Assembly (NCBI RefSeq): GCF_964355755.1
Contig: NC_092670.1
Span: 424,201 to 488,200 of the forward strand
Direction of reading: 5' to 3'
Length of the DNA stretch: 64,000 bases
Source: Antedon mediterranea
Lineage: Eukaryota > Animalia > Echinodermata
Shown here: in pieces, positions 26,201 through 38,427 of the stretch
Layout: each line of letters starts with the position of its first letter
Numbering within the stretch: position 1 is the first letter of the stretch
Made by a program: the position numbers and the translations under genes
The notes under the pieces: generated by a model
The model's input: the letters and a program-made list of their open reading frames with translations, nothing else
Told to the model about the DNA's origin: nothing
The model's database searches: none

Positions 26201-29171
26201 ATTTATCAGATTAGCAGCAGCTACATAGTTTTTTTCGTCAATATCTGGAGGTATGTGTATTTTAACACAACTGGTTTTTCCGGCACCTGCTAATTGTTTA
26301 ATTTCTTTGTGCCATTGTGCTGGATTACTTTTTTTATGTTTCTCAATACGCGTATGGTAAAAATCTTTTTTTGCAAGCGATACCTCTTTGATAATTTTAT
26401 TTCTTAGTTGTTTCATATTTTCCTTGTTTTGGGACCGAAACGCTATTTGTCTTTTCTGTATTAATTTCTTGATTTTTTGTGTCATCCACGGTTTATCCCT
26501 CGTAAATCGTTTTACAGTTTTTTTCCGGGAAATGGGAGTTGATTGATTTGGTGAGTAATTTGGTAAAACGTGTCACACTTATTCTGGACGCCAATAGATT
26601 CCGATACAGCTTTCCAATCTTCATGGACGATCCAGGATCCGAATTCGCGTATGCTGGATTCCTTTAAAGTAATTGTAATATTGGCTTGTATCTTTAGGTT
26701 TCCAAATTATTGAGTTATGGTCACTAACACCAATAGGTGGGTATTTAGTACAGTCTTGTTTATTTTAAATTAATTTATGTAATGTAATTTTACTTTCTAT
26801 GGACCAGAGACACCGAACTAAAAGATTGAATGAATAAAAAAGATTGAATATATATTGTTGTACCAACTGCAGATTGATTGAATTATCCACCCTCTGGTTA
26901 GATGTACTGTATATGAAATACTAAATGATCAACAATGAACCTCTTGAATACATACCCTTTTTACAATCTCTGGCTCCTCGTCTGCACACGCTCTGTACAT
27001 TCCTGTCAGTAATTTCTCCATGTGTTGTGTGCTATTGTCCTCAGAATTGATGAGCAAAGTGTGGAGTAATTTCACAGACATCAGTCGGTTAGCAACAGTC
27101 CAGTCAGTTAGGTCTTTCAGAAGGCCTGGTAAAATCTTGGACATATTTCGGAAAATCAATGTACGACATCCAAGTCTAGGCCTAGAAGCTGAAAAAAAAT
27201 TTGAAAGAATAATTCATCTTTTGACAAATTGTTGTTTAATATTTTCTTCACATTGCTTGCACACCTCCACTATCATAGTATGATCATAGAGATATTATAT
27301 AATATCTCTATGGTATGATGCACACCTCCACTATCATAGTATGATGCACACCTCCACTATCGTAGTATGATGCACACCTCCACTATCATAGTATGATGCA
27401 CACCTCCACTATCATAGTATGATGCACACCTCCACTATCGTAGTATGATGCACACCTCCACTATCATAGTATGATGCATACCTCCACTATCGTAGTATGA
27501 TGCACACCTCCACTATCGTAGTATGATGCACACCTCCACTATCATAGTATGATGCACACCTCCACTATCATAGTATGATGCACACCTCCACTATCATAGT
27601 ATGATGCACACCTCCACTATCATAGTATGATGCACACCTCCACTATCATAGTATGATGCACACCTCCACTATCATAGTATGATGCACACCTCCACTATCA
27701 CAGTATGATGCACACCTCCACTATCACAGTATGATGCACACCTCCACTATCGTAGTATGATGCACACCTCCACTATCATAGTATGATGCACACCTCCACT
27801 ATCGTAGTATGATGCACACCTCCACTATCATAGTATGATGCACACCTCCACTATCATAGTATGATGCACACCTCCACTATCATAGTATGATGCACACCTC
27901 CACTATCGTAGTATGATGCACACCTCCACTATCGTAGTATGATGCACACCTCCACTATCATAGTATGATGCACACCTCCACTATCATAGTATGATGCACA
28001 CCTCCACTATCGTAGTATGATGCACACTTCTTACCAATTCCCGGCGCAATCTCCAATTCTTCAACAAAATTAATTTTATTCTTCAATTCTTCCTCATTCT
28101 CTTCTTCATACTTGGCACCAACTTCATCCCACAGTTTGTAAGCCTGCAAGAAAAAAAAAATTTCAATAAATCAACTGTTTCAACAATTCATTGTTTTGGC
28201 CACAATTAATTTTCTTTATTTTTTATTGATGAGAATGTGATAGATAGTATATAGTATTTTTAATAACTTCCTATTTTTTAGAAGGTAGAAATCATAACAA
28301 TAACCTTTTGATTAATATCTGGAAGTTCATCTGATTGGCTGGTTAGAAGAATTGGAATTAATTTATGATGGAACGAATAGCGGTCAACAAATTCCAATAG
28401 CCACCACCCGACAATCTCTGTGATGGCTAGCCGAACCGATGGTGCATGATCAAACAGACGTTGCGTAAGATGAGAGATAACATTTTCCATAGGCTTGTGA
28501 CTTCCAAATTGTAAAACGTCTCCTATCGTAATGATACACTGTACTCGTACTTTGGAATGTTGATGGCTGATACTTTGAAGAAGTGGGTTTATTAATGATT
28601 CGGACTGCATATGGAAATGTTCTGGAATCCCTCTTGCAACCTTACATGTGCACACACAGCTCTGTTTGCGAACCTCTGCATACGGATCTAATATTGTCCT
28701 TTCCATAATCTTAACAATGTCATCCAGGTATGGCGCAATCTTCTTGTTTGTCAAATCAACCGTTTTCGTCAACAATTCAACCAAATTAAGCCTTAATTCT
28801 TCTGCATTTTCCACAATATCTTGATTCCCTAGCCGCTGAACTATTGTTGGTATCAGGTATGGGAGGAACATTTCTGGATTCGAAACACTCTCCATAAAAT
28901 CACCCACTAACAAAATAGACAGCTCCCTACATTTTTCAACCTGATCTCCTATACTTTTCAACAGCGGCTTCAATAACCCATCAAAAACCCTTTGTAAAAC
29001 ATCTTTTTCTGGCAATGGAATCCGACCTAATGTTTCTTTTCTCATTCCATCAAGTGCCCTTTTCTTTACCATTCGTGTCCCTTCATTTAAACAATTTACA
29101 TGCCTTGCAACAGCTTGTAAAATAATATTAGATTTAATTTCTACACTTCCAACTTCTGAATTGTCCGCCAT
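20228..29171 (-). CDS. DNAAF5: Dynein axonemal assembly factor 5 (HEATR2), ~838 aa
   Basis: Nine exons: 29171-28305, 28143-28035, 27188-26956, 23681-23472, 23366-23214, 22608-22440, 21731-21433, 21162-20814, 20355-20228; phases sum to an intact frame. Motifs EELRL, ISHQHSKVRV, DRYSFHHKLIP, RPRLGCR, WHAGRVCAAVRT, LLKRLDDSSDDIR, LLVHLDDPD, VRHKHR. Confidence 0.93.
20597..20730. mobile_element. MITE with TIR agctctgtctacacta (Harbinger-like)
   Basis: agctctgtctacacta ... tagtgtagacagagct perfect terminal inverted repeat; five family members in the window. Confidence 0.75.
24185..26670 (-). mobile_element. Decayed, internally deleted LINE (CR1/L2-group ORF2 remnant) in a DNAAF5 intron
   Basis: KPWMTQKIKKLIQKRQIAF...; MKLNPSKC, VKILGLHISSDLKWN, YVRPVVEYATPVWHP, IERVQKRACR. 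The frame resumes (NSEFKEWLPP) beyond the TTAA element. The RT catalytic core is missing between 26156 and 26120. Confidence 0.85.
24228..25623. mobile_element. Non-autonomous TTAA-targeting DNA transposon (Kolobok-like), nested in the LINE
   Basis: TTAA on both sides (24224-24227, 25624-25627). TIR agggggattctgggtttaaaat / attttaaacccggaacccccct (20/22), AG...CT termini. Confidence 0.82.
27312..28027. repeat. 26-bp minisatellite (~28 copies) filling DNAAF5 intron 2
   Basis: (tagtatgatgcacacctccactatc[a/g])n, starting ~7 nt from the splice donor at 28034. Confidence 0.92.
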
Positions 29172-29462
29172 GTTGTTGCTTAGGACGCACACAAGTGGCC
29201 TAATAAATGTTGCCACTAACATTAACTGTACTTATATTTTAAATTTATCAACTGTTTATGACATTCAATTATACAATATTGAGTTTCTATATTATTTCAA
29301 AACGTATTTATAGTAAAACAATAATTTATTTTATAAGACATTTTTTTATTAAAATAAATTTTATGATGAGGTCACAAAGCACATGTAATTATTTGTTTAT
29401 GTGTGTTTTTGTTTTTTCGGCGGATCGTGGGCCACGCGATCACTCACATTTTTTTACGGAAG
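29172..29462. promoter_or_regulatory. Putative bidirectional promoter for DNAAF5 and UTP6
   Basis: Divergent ATGs at 29171 (-) and 29463 (+) are only 291 bp apart. Confidence 0.65.
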
Positions 29463-32400
29463 ATGGCTGAATTTGTACAACAAAGTATCGAAGAAGCTCT
29501 GCCAGAGCTTGAACAACTTGAAAGAGTCGGCCTATTTACAAATTCAGAGATTAAGTATGCATAGCTTTAAAATCCAGGCCGTTTTTATAAATTACCTAGG
29601 TAGGCCTTACGCTAGCCAGGCAGGGTCCGAGCGAGTTGGGTAGACCATCGCGGGCGTAGGTGCTCTTGTCCGGTAGGCCCTTTCAGTCTGGGATAGGCCT
29701 AGGCTAACTTTTGTTATATGAAAACATCGGTATAATACTCCATATAGTAGATTTTTAAGTTGTTATGTTATATTGGATTGGATATTATTTCACAAATTGA
29801 ATTATAATATTGTTATGCAGGTCAATAATTAAGAAAAAAAGAAGCTATGAGTATAGGTTGGTTCGTAGACAAAAAGAAAAAGACGATTTTCTACGTTATA
29901 TTCAGGTAAATATTTCTGATTTTTAGGAATCCGTAACTTAATTAAATACTCGTATAGAATTTGTAAACAATCTAAAATAACATGTACATGATTTCCTTTA
30001 TTTTAGTATGAAATAAGTCTGCTGACCCTGATTAAGACGAGACGAGAGGTAAAGTACAACTGAATACCACAATGTCTGTGTGTCATATTGATAACAAAGT
30101 ACAACTGAATACCACAATGTCTGTGTGTCATATTGATAACAAAGTACAACTGAATACCACAATGTCTGTGTGTCATATTGATAACAAAAAAGAAACAGAA
30201 TAATAAATACATTTAATAAATTTTATTTCAGAAAATCAGATATTTTTTCAAGAAAGAGGAAATTGAGTTTAATATTGTGTCCAGGGTTGCCAGGCTATTT
30301 AAGGTTGGTGCATCATCTCACTTTCTTCAAAGTACAATAAATACTCACAATCAAGATAATATATAGAAACACGTCAAGGGACACACAAGCTTCGGCTTTA
30401 TAAGTCTCAACATCAAGTAAATCACTTTTATACTTCAATAACTGTTTTGTACTTTATTTCAGAGGGCATGTACACTGTTTCCTGATGATCTCAACATTTG
30501 GTTGTCTTATATGGAATTCCTCAAAAAATGGGTAAAGTTGTTGTAAAGTCTTCTACACAATCCTGTAAATGTTCACTGTAATAATATCTATGCTTTGTAT
30601 TTATCTTACTATTTTTATTTCTGTTTTACAGAATAAGAAAATAATGTTAAGCAAGATGCTAACAAAGATGCTGAAAATCCATGGCAACAATCCAGGTATG
30701 TAGTAAAATCTGTGGTAACAATCCAGGTATGTAGTAAAATCCATGGTGACAATCCAGGTATGTAGTCAAATCTGTGGTAACAATCCAGGTATGTAGTAAA
30801 ATCCATGGTAACAATCCAGGTATGTAGTCAAATCCATGGTGACAATCCAGGTATGTAGTCAAATCTGTGGTAACAATCCAGGTATGTAGTAAAATCCATG
30901 GTAACAATCCAGGTATGTAGTCAAATCCATGGTGACAATCCAGGTATATTAGTGCTCTCTCACCAGGTCTGCTCACTCAATTTAATTATATTAAAATTGC
31001 TTGTTTAAATCCTAAGGTATGTGGATAATGGCATCCAAGTTTGAGATGGAGGATAACAACTCATCTGAGAATGCTCGAAGTCTCCTGCTGCGTGCCCTTC
31101 GACATCATCCAACATCTCAAAAGATATGGCAAGAGGTAATATTTTCAAAGTAGATTAAGTTAAAACTTTTCAAATGATTGTGTTTTTGTTTTCAAGGTTT
31201 TTATATTTGTTATTTTTTCTTATAGTATTTTCGAATGGAGCTTATGCACGCTGATAAAGTAAGTAAACTTACATTCAATATTTCATTCAACATTGATTGA
31301 CACTTCACCTCACTAACTTTACAAATAAATCTGTAAAATGTCTTTTATTTTAATAGATACGAAAACGCTGGGCCTTGCTGAAGCAAGGGAACATGAAAAC
31401 TGATGAAGAAGAGATGACAGATAATGTAATGGAAGGTCTAGCAGCCAAAGTAGTGTACAAGAAAGCATTGCAAGCCATCAGCAATGACGCCAACTTCCAC
31501 ATGTCCTTTATTCCTATTTTAAAGCAATTTGATTTTACACAAAAACTGGAAGATGAAATATATGCAGAGTAGGTTGACTGTATAGTTACTTCATTAAGGA
31601 TAAAAATGATACAATTACCAAATCAACAAATGAGGCATATTATTAATAATAATTAGGAATTTTTAAGTGCATAAAGCGTGTATTTGCTGCACATAAAAAC
31701 AAAAGTAATCCATGAAATAAATATAAAAAAAAGAAAATTAAAAATGAGAGTAACAGGCCATAAAATATATGGATCTTAACTGAGTTGAATGGTTTATCGA
31801 GGGTGAAATATTTATTAACTAGTATATAGAGTAAACATGAAACCTAGTCATTATTGTAAATACATGTTTTATCCCTGTGTAACAATGTTGTTGTTTTCAG
31901 TGTTCAAACAAGTCATCCATCAAATGAAATAGTGTGGGATGCTATTGCTAGGAGGTGTTTAACGTTGAAGACAGGTGAACAGGAGGGTAAGACAATGTAC
32001 AACAACTCATAATGATCATTTGTGATAATATTAAGTTAAATTGACATAGGATAAACTTAAAAGTGAGTTAATAATTTGTGTTTTTTACTTTGCTAGAGCT
32101 AGAAGAGCAGTGTTATAAAGTGTATGAAGAGGCTTCAACAAAGTTAAATACAGACAAGATATGGTGCTTATATGCTGCCTTTTGTCTAGAAAGAATTGAC
32201 CAAAATGGTTCCTCAAACCTCAAGGAAAAGGTACATAGAAAATAACATGCTTTTAAGAATTACATTATTCATTCAACATTAAGTCACCACATTATAACAT
32301 GTTATACAATTTTGTTGTTTTAACTTAGAGAGCTGAGCAAGCAACACAAGTTCTAACAACAGCTGGTAAACATAGCAAATTGTCTGTAGATATTTATAAC

Positions 32401-34623
32401 AAATGGGTGAGTTACATGATAAGTATATATATAGTAGTATATTAGGTGAGTCTATAGCATTTGTCTAAATTCAATACAAGTGTGGCATGAATTTAACCAT
32501 AAAATAGTAGTATATTAGGTGAGTCTATAGCATTTGTCTAAATTCAATACAAGTGTGGCATGAATTTAACCATAAAATTCATTATTTGGTTGTTTTTAAA
32601 GGTTCGCCTATTATTGAGACTTGGTATGTTAGAAAAAGCGACAGCAACGGCTGTCATGGCAACTGAAGCATATCAAGATAGTGTGGCTTTGTGGATTCAA
32701 AGGTTAACTCTTTATTCAGCATTACTAGAAACAGGTAAGTGAGGTCAAAGGTTAACTCTTCATTCAGCGTTAATAGAGACAGGTCAGCGAGGTCATGAAA
32801 TCAAACAAATAAAAAAGAAAAACATGCATATGTTTTTCCCACTGCTAAACAACTCTCATGAAATAGAACTATTACATACTAAAGTAGAAGGTTATTAAAT
32901 TAATAAATAATTACTAACAAACAATGTAATATTAAAACTAAAAGTACATTTAATTAATTTAATTGTAGGAGATAAAAGTAGTAAGAAGATGATGTGTCAG
33001 TTGATTGATGAAGCGGTTATGAAAGTTAGACCTGAGGTGAGTAACCCATAATTCTTCATTTGATTAATATAACCTGAAGTTTCGGAGATAATTGTCTCAT
33101 TTCCTCATTATTGTTTTCTGAACCGTGACCTTGTTAATTTCATGTGAATGATGGAATCAAGTTGATCTGTATCTTTTTACAAAAGAAAACATAATGTGTT
33201 CGCACTAAACTCTTGATTGTTGCTTTTGAAGGATGCCTTGTTGCTATGGGAATACAGTTTGAATTGGTATAAGAAGAATGATCCAGATAATGTAGAATTA
33301 ATAATGGAGGTAATATACCAGACATTACTGGAGAGGATCTAATGACATATTAATGGTCTTAATACAATATTAGAAAGTGGAAATAAAAGATTTTATGAAT
33401 GGATGAGGAATTTGAAAGAAATTATGAAATATAAAAATTAAAGTATTCTTTCTTCATAATATAATGATGGTGATATTCTATGGTACAATTTCTATAATAA
33501 TATAACTTTAATACAGTAATAAATGGCACAAAATAGTAAAACGTGCTCTGTCTAACAATGATGAAGCATGTTAATATATTATAATACAGTAATAAATGGC
33601 ACAAAATAGTAAAACGTGCTCTGTCTAACAATGATGAAGCGTGTTAATATATTATAATACAGTAATAAATGGCACAAAATAGTAAAACGTGCTCTGTCTA
33701 ACAATGATGAAGCGTGTTAATATATTATAATACAGTAATAAATGGCACAAAATAGTAAAACGTGCTGAGGGTAGCCTATTTAGTTAAAAATGATCACTAT
33801 AAACAAATGTGTTGGTCTTTGATTGATCTAGGGAAGGGGAGCGATAACATAATATTAATAGTCTTGTCAAAAATATATATCAAAATGGAGGATGGTGCAA
33901 CCCAAGAGCTACCAGCTCACACTTGAACAATAATTGCTAAATTGAAAAACCTATTTTTATTACCTGCAGAGAGGATTAAGTGAAAAGGCTGAAATCTCAA
34001 TGGTTTTTACAGAGCATTACTTAGACTGGGCTGTCTCACAAGGCATTGGTAAACTAAGGAAGGCTTACAAGAAATTGGTTAGCTCTCGACCTTTGCCACC
34101 TGCATTTTATCACAAATATATCAAAATAGAGTTGTCAGAGGTAAGTGTGTAAAGCCCTCTACACTATCAAACTTTATGTGACCAAAAAATGTGATGTGCC
34201 CATATATGGACATGATTATTATAACTACCATGTACTGTAGTGACATAAACATTTTGAAATTTACTAAGGAAAAATCTTGAAATGAATTTTTTTTAAAGGA
34301 GAATCCAAAAGTGGGAAGAATCAGAGCAGCTTATGAAGCCGCAGTTAAAGAAGCTGGCTCTACAAATCCAGGTACAGTTTGCAATCGACCATTTTAGATT
34401 CAACCAACAATTTTGATTTACTTATTGAAGCCTCAAATTGAATACCAAATTACTTTATCTCTCAGGACTATGGTTAGAATACATCCGTTTGGAAATGGAT
34501 CCTGCAATGGGAAAGCCAGAGATGGTGAGCAAGCTGCATTGGCGCGCTATGAAGGGACTTGATGGAAACTACACGGAAGAGTTTGTGACTAAATACACCT
34601 TACTTCAAGCAGGCCATTTGTAA
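29463..34623 (+). CDS. UTP6: U3 snoRNA-associated protein 6 homolog (HAT repeats)
   Basis: MAEFVQQSIEEALPELEQLERVGLFTNSEIKSIIKKKRSYEYRL...DFLRYIQYE. Exons 29463-29554, 29821-29905, 30007-30048, 30232-30303, 30463-30531, 30632-30695, 31017-31135 (LLRALRHHP), further exons, and last exon ~34466-34623 (LWLEYIRLE...WRAMKGL). Confidence 0.92.
30051..30186. repeat. 45-bp tandem repeat x3 directly after a UTP6 donor
   Basis: aaagtacaactgaataccacaatgtctgtgtgtcatattgataac. Confidence 0.85.
30675..30947 (+). repeat. 31-bp array (9 units) of UTP6 exon end plus splice donor
   Basis: caatccag|GTAT recurs at 30688, 30719, 30750 ... 30936. Confidence 0.9.
33509..33768. repeat. 73-bp tandem repeat (~3.5 copies) in a UTP6 intron
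   Basis: atacagtaataaatggcac recurs with period 73. Confidence 0.85.
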
Positions 34624-35261
34624 AATGAAAATATCCAAGTTTAGTATGAATGTTTAAAGGTTGAAAGAGCAATAAAATATGTATGATCAACTACTCCATT
34701 GTGTTCTCACGAGTTTAGATTTGACACTTTAATAAAACTCAATATTATAACCACAAGTACTGTACTGAAGAGGGTGTCTAGACAACTTAGATTTCAGATA
34801 TATCTAGGTTTTCTAGAACAAGAAGAAGTAAAGGTGAATTTGAGCCCTGGAAAGTTAAATTGAAAGTAAAAAGTTCAATAACATTAATTTAATAACAGTT
34901 ATAAGCAAAACAATGAAGGAAACAATAAAACAAATAAATATATAATTCTTGTTCACATCGAAATGTTATATAATAGGTCCTGATGTACATCAATGTAACA
35001 GAAATGAATGAATTTATAAAATAACTGGAGAAATAAGGTATTTGAGCTTTTGTTGGAAAGTCTACTCTTATCACTGAATAGATCGTTCCATTATTATAAG
35101 AGGGGCCTACAAGGCTCTAGAGCCCATTGGAAATGGCTACTGATTATTTAAAAAAAAAATTAAATGAATATGGTTTAGTTTACTATCAAGGAAGACCTGT
35201 AGGCCCAGTACTGTACTAATAAATTGTACTGTATCCCTGAACTCTGGTGGTGGAGATTTAG

Positions 35262-35297
35262 TGGGCGTGGCTTTAGACGGACATATCTGATTGGTCC
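35262..35297 (+). promoter_or_regulatory. GC-box and inverted CCAAT motifs upstream of the Amun-like gene
   Basis: GGGCGTGGC and CTGATTGG followed by a likely 5'UTR donor (gaa|GTGAGT ~35311). Confidence 0.4.
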
Positions 35298-35851
35298 ATT
35301 TGCGCGGGAAGTGAGTAGCGATGACCCACGTGGGAGAGAAGTGCGTTTATGATTATTTTGTATTTGTACAGTAGGTCTTTATTTCAGCTAGCTAGGCTAT
35401 GGTTCCATTAACTAGAACTGTAATAGGCTAACTCTATTTATTGTTTGTTGACTAGACAAATTGTAGATAAAGGTGTATTCTACCAGCCTCAGTCAGGGAA
35501 GAGTGAAAATGATTGTGCCTAGGCCAAGTAGGTCCAGTGACCTGACAATACACAATGCATTAAAAGGCAGTGAGATGGGCATACATGTTGCATTGCATGC
35601 AGTGTTGCCCTATAATACAGTAGGCCTAGAGTACTAATCTTCCTGTGGAAAATATTTGTCCATGTCAATTTTTTTTTTTGGTGTAGGAACTAAAAACCAT
35701 TTAATTTGTTTTTGACCCTGGTTTTCTACCTAGTTGTACTATCTGAATACTTTAGGTTTAAATATAATATTTATCAAACAATGTACATTATGGTAGTTAT
35801 AGTATAATAAAGTAATATATAGGCCTAAAAATATTTTTTTTTCCAGAAACA

Positions 35852-38147
35852 ATGCCTTCATCTTTCTTCGAAAGCAATGATGTCGACGAGTGGAGCAGAG
35901 TATTGGGCATTTACAAACAGGTTCTACAACTTAAAGCTTCTCAAATAAAGAAACCTGGAGCAGGCAAAACTTTGATTGAGCTAGACTACTGGTAAAAATT
36001 ATAAAAATAAACAGCTAACAAGCCAGTTTTAACGCTTTTGGAGCTCTATCAAACCTTGTACAGTAATCTCATCCAACCAACTAACATGCACATTAAAATA
36101 AGCAATATTCAGTATTTTAAAAGGCCCCAACCACCCCATAAATTATTTATCCCCTCTCCCCCTACACCCCAAACTAAATATGAGTATAACGTGTTAGGGA
36201 CTTTGATATACATTTGTACTGTAGTACTATCTATACAAGTATACATAATTATACAGTTATTATAAGTTTGTTTTTTTTATAAAGGTACCAAGAAGAGTTA
36301 TTATAAGTTTGTTTTATTATAAAGGTACCAAGAAGAGTTATTATAAGTTTGTTTTATTATAAAGGTACCAAGAAGAGTTATTATAAGTTTGTTTTATTAT
36401 AAAGGTACCAAGAAGAGTTATTATAAGTTTGTTTTATTATAAAGGTACCAAGAAGAGTTATTATAAGTTTTTTTTTTATAAAGGTACCAAGAAGAGTTAT
36501 TATAAGTTTGTTTTATTATAAAGGTACCAAGAAGAGTTATTATAAGTTTGTTTTATTATAAAGGTACCAAGAAGAGTTATTATAAGTTTGTTTTATGATA
36601 AAGGTACCAAGAAGAGTTATTATAAGTTTGTTTTATTATAAAGGTACCAAGAAGAGTTATTATAAGTTTGTTTTATTATAAAGGTACCAAGAAGAGTTGA
36701 GTGGTGAAATCCAAAGCAGAAAAGATAAATACCTAACACATGCTGAACTGAGCAAACTAATGAAATGGAAACTGGCAGTGAGTCTCCTGTAGTTCTCTAG
36801 CTACATATAAAGTTTTTTAATCAGTGGCTTACGGCTAAACCCAGGGGCCCCGGAGCTTATGGAGGCCCCTGAGCAGTGCCAAGAGGAAAAAATCAGGCAT
36901 TAAATTATGAAAAAGCTAAAAAACGCCCAAGGCCTCCAGCGTTTAGGGTTTCTAAACCAGGGGGATCAGACATCTGCGTTACACTGTTTCCAATGTAGTA
37001 CTGTACCAATTTCAGAAATTGTCCAACCTCAACTTATAATTGACTGATATAAATCTTAACAGAAAAGTATTTTCATCATTCATTTTCAGAGAGGTAAATT
37101 CCGTCCACGTCTCACTGAGCTTGTACAGACCAACAGTCCTGAGTTAGTGGAGACAACAAGCACAAAGGCATTCAAGAACCTTCCAAACATAAAAGCTGCT
37201 ATTAAGGACCTTGTTGTCCTCAAAGCAGTAGGACCAGCTACAGCTTCAGGTATTACTGCAGCATTGTACCAATCAACATAATTAAGGAATTTGTTTTGCC
37301 ATTTTTTATCATATGGTTAATAATTTCAAATGTTGAGTCAGAACTCAATAAAGTATCTTCTTGCATCAAATAGTGTTTACCATTTGTAAAAAAAATGTAT
37401 ATATATATGCAATGGAATGCAATGCATACTAAGTTATACATGTTTGTGGGCTTAATGGAGCAGCCAATATGGTAACCAAAATACTTCTCTAATCTTTAGT
37501 GTTTTATATATGCATAGTTAATGTATTGTTTCTTTGTCAGCAATTTTGACAGCAGGAGCACCAGACCAGGTAGCCTTTATGGCAGATGAAAGTATGCTAT
37601 CAATTGCAGGTCTAACCCCGCTAGAATACACAGCTAAACATTTTGATAAATACATGAAGAGCATTGAAGAATGTGTTAGCAGGTTAAATAAAAAAGGTGA
37701 GAAAGGGGAATTGGGATAATTTAAGTAATTGCCAGGAAAGCATTAGGTATTTATCAAAAAGACTACTTTTACGATGGGTTGAAACTATTATTTTGTTTGT
37801 CTGCACATGAATACAGTAGTCTGGATTCCAGACGGACTTAATATTAGTAAAATGATATATATTTTGGCACAAATGGCGTTTCATATGTATACTACTTGAG
37901 CTTGTAAAAATTTCAGACAAAAATCTATGAATACAGTAGCACTATTTTTAAATATATCAAAATGAAACTAAACTACTTTTATTTAGACCCAGAAAAGAAG
38001 TGGACTCCTCACAAAATAGAAATAGCCTTGTGGACACATCACATGGCAAATAAACTGGATCCAAGCATGTTGGAAGTTAAAGGGAAAAAAAGGAAATCAA
38101 CAAAAAGTGACGGAGAAGACTTGAAAAAGAAAAGCAAAGATTCATAA
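35852..38147 (+). CDS. Amun-like helix-hairpin-helix (DNA-glycosylase-like) protein
   Basis: Exons 35852-35991, 36684-36777, 37090-37249, 37541-37696, 37987-38147. Encodes LIELDYWYQEEL, ELSKLMKWKLARGKFRPRL, LVVLKAVGPATASAIL, VAFMADE, WTPHKIEIALW and a basic NLS-like tail. Confidence 0.82.
36256..36699 (+). repeat. 40-bp array (11 units) of splice acceptor plus exon start
   Basis: ttataagtttgttttattataaAG|gtaccaagaagagtta at 36281, 36321 ... 36680. Only the last unit continues into coding sequence. Confidence 0.92.
36822..36986. mobile_element. Old hAT-like MITE remnant
   Basis: CAGTG...CACTG termini and a degenerate 8-bp TSD (tttttaat / tttccaat). Confidence 0.45.
37817..37927. mobile_element. 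111-bp deletion derivative of the TAG...CTA element, with 9-bp TSD
   Basis: TGAATACAG on both sides. Reverse-complement similarity to 2070-2161 and to ~1253-1266. Confidence 0.7.
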
Positions 38148-38427
38148 ATTCACAGCAACACCTTGCTTTCAACAACTATTAAACAATTTTGAAATAAATA
38201 AGTTGAAGTTAAAAACATAAATATTACTTTAGAAAAATTAAAAAGAGAAAGCAACATATTGTAATGATATTGATAATTTATTGAATTGAAATAATGGTAT
38301 ACATTGTTAAATAATATGATTTAAAAGAAGACATTAAAATAATCTGTAAATAATCTGTCAGTGCTTCAAACAAAGCCTGCGAGTATTATTGTTATACTGC
38401 ATTAAAATAAAAATGACAACGCAGTAT

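Noticed and set aside
29172-29222. ORF-track N-terminal extension of DNAAF5 (MLVATF...)
   Set aside because: The ATG at 29171 (aacATGG) has a good Kozak context and gives the expected protein length.
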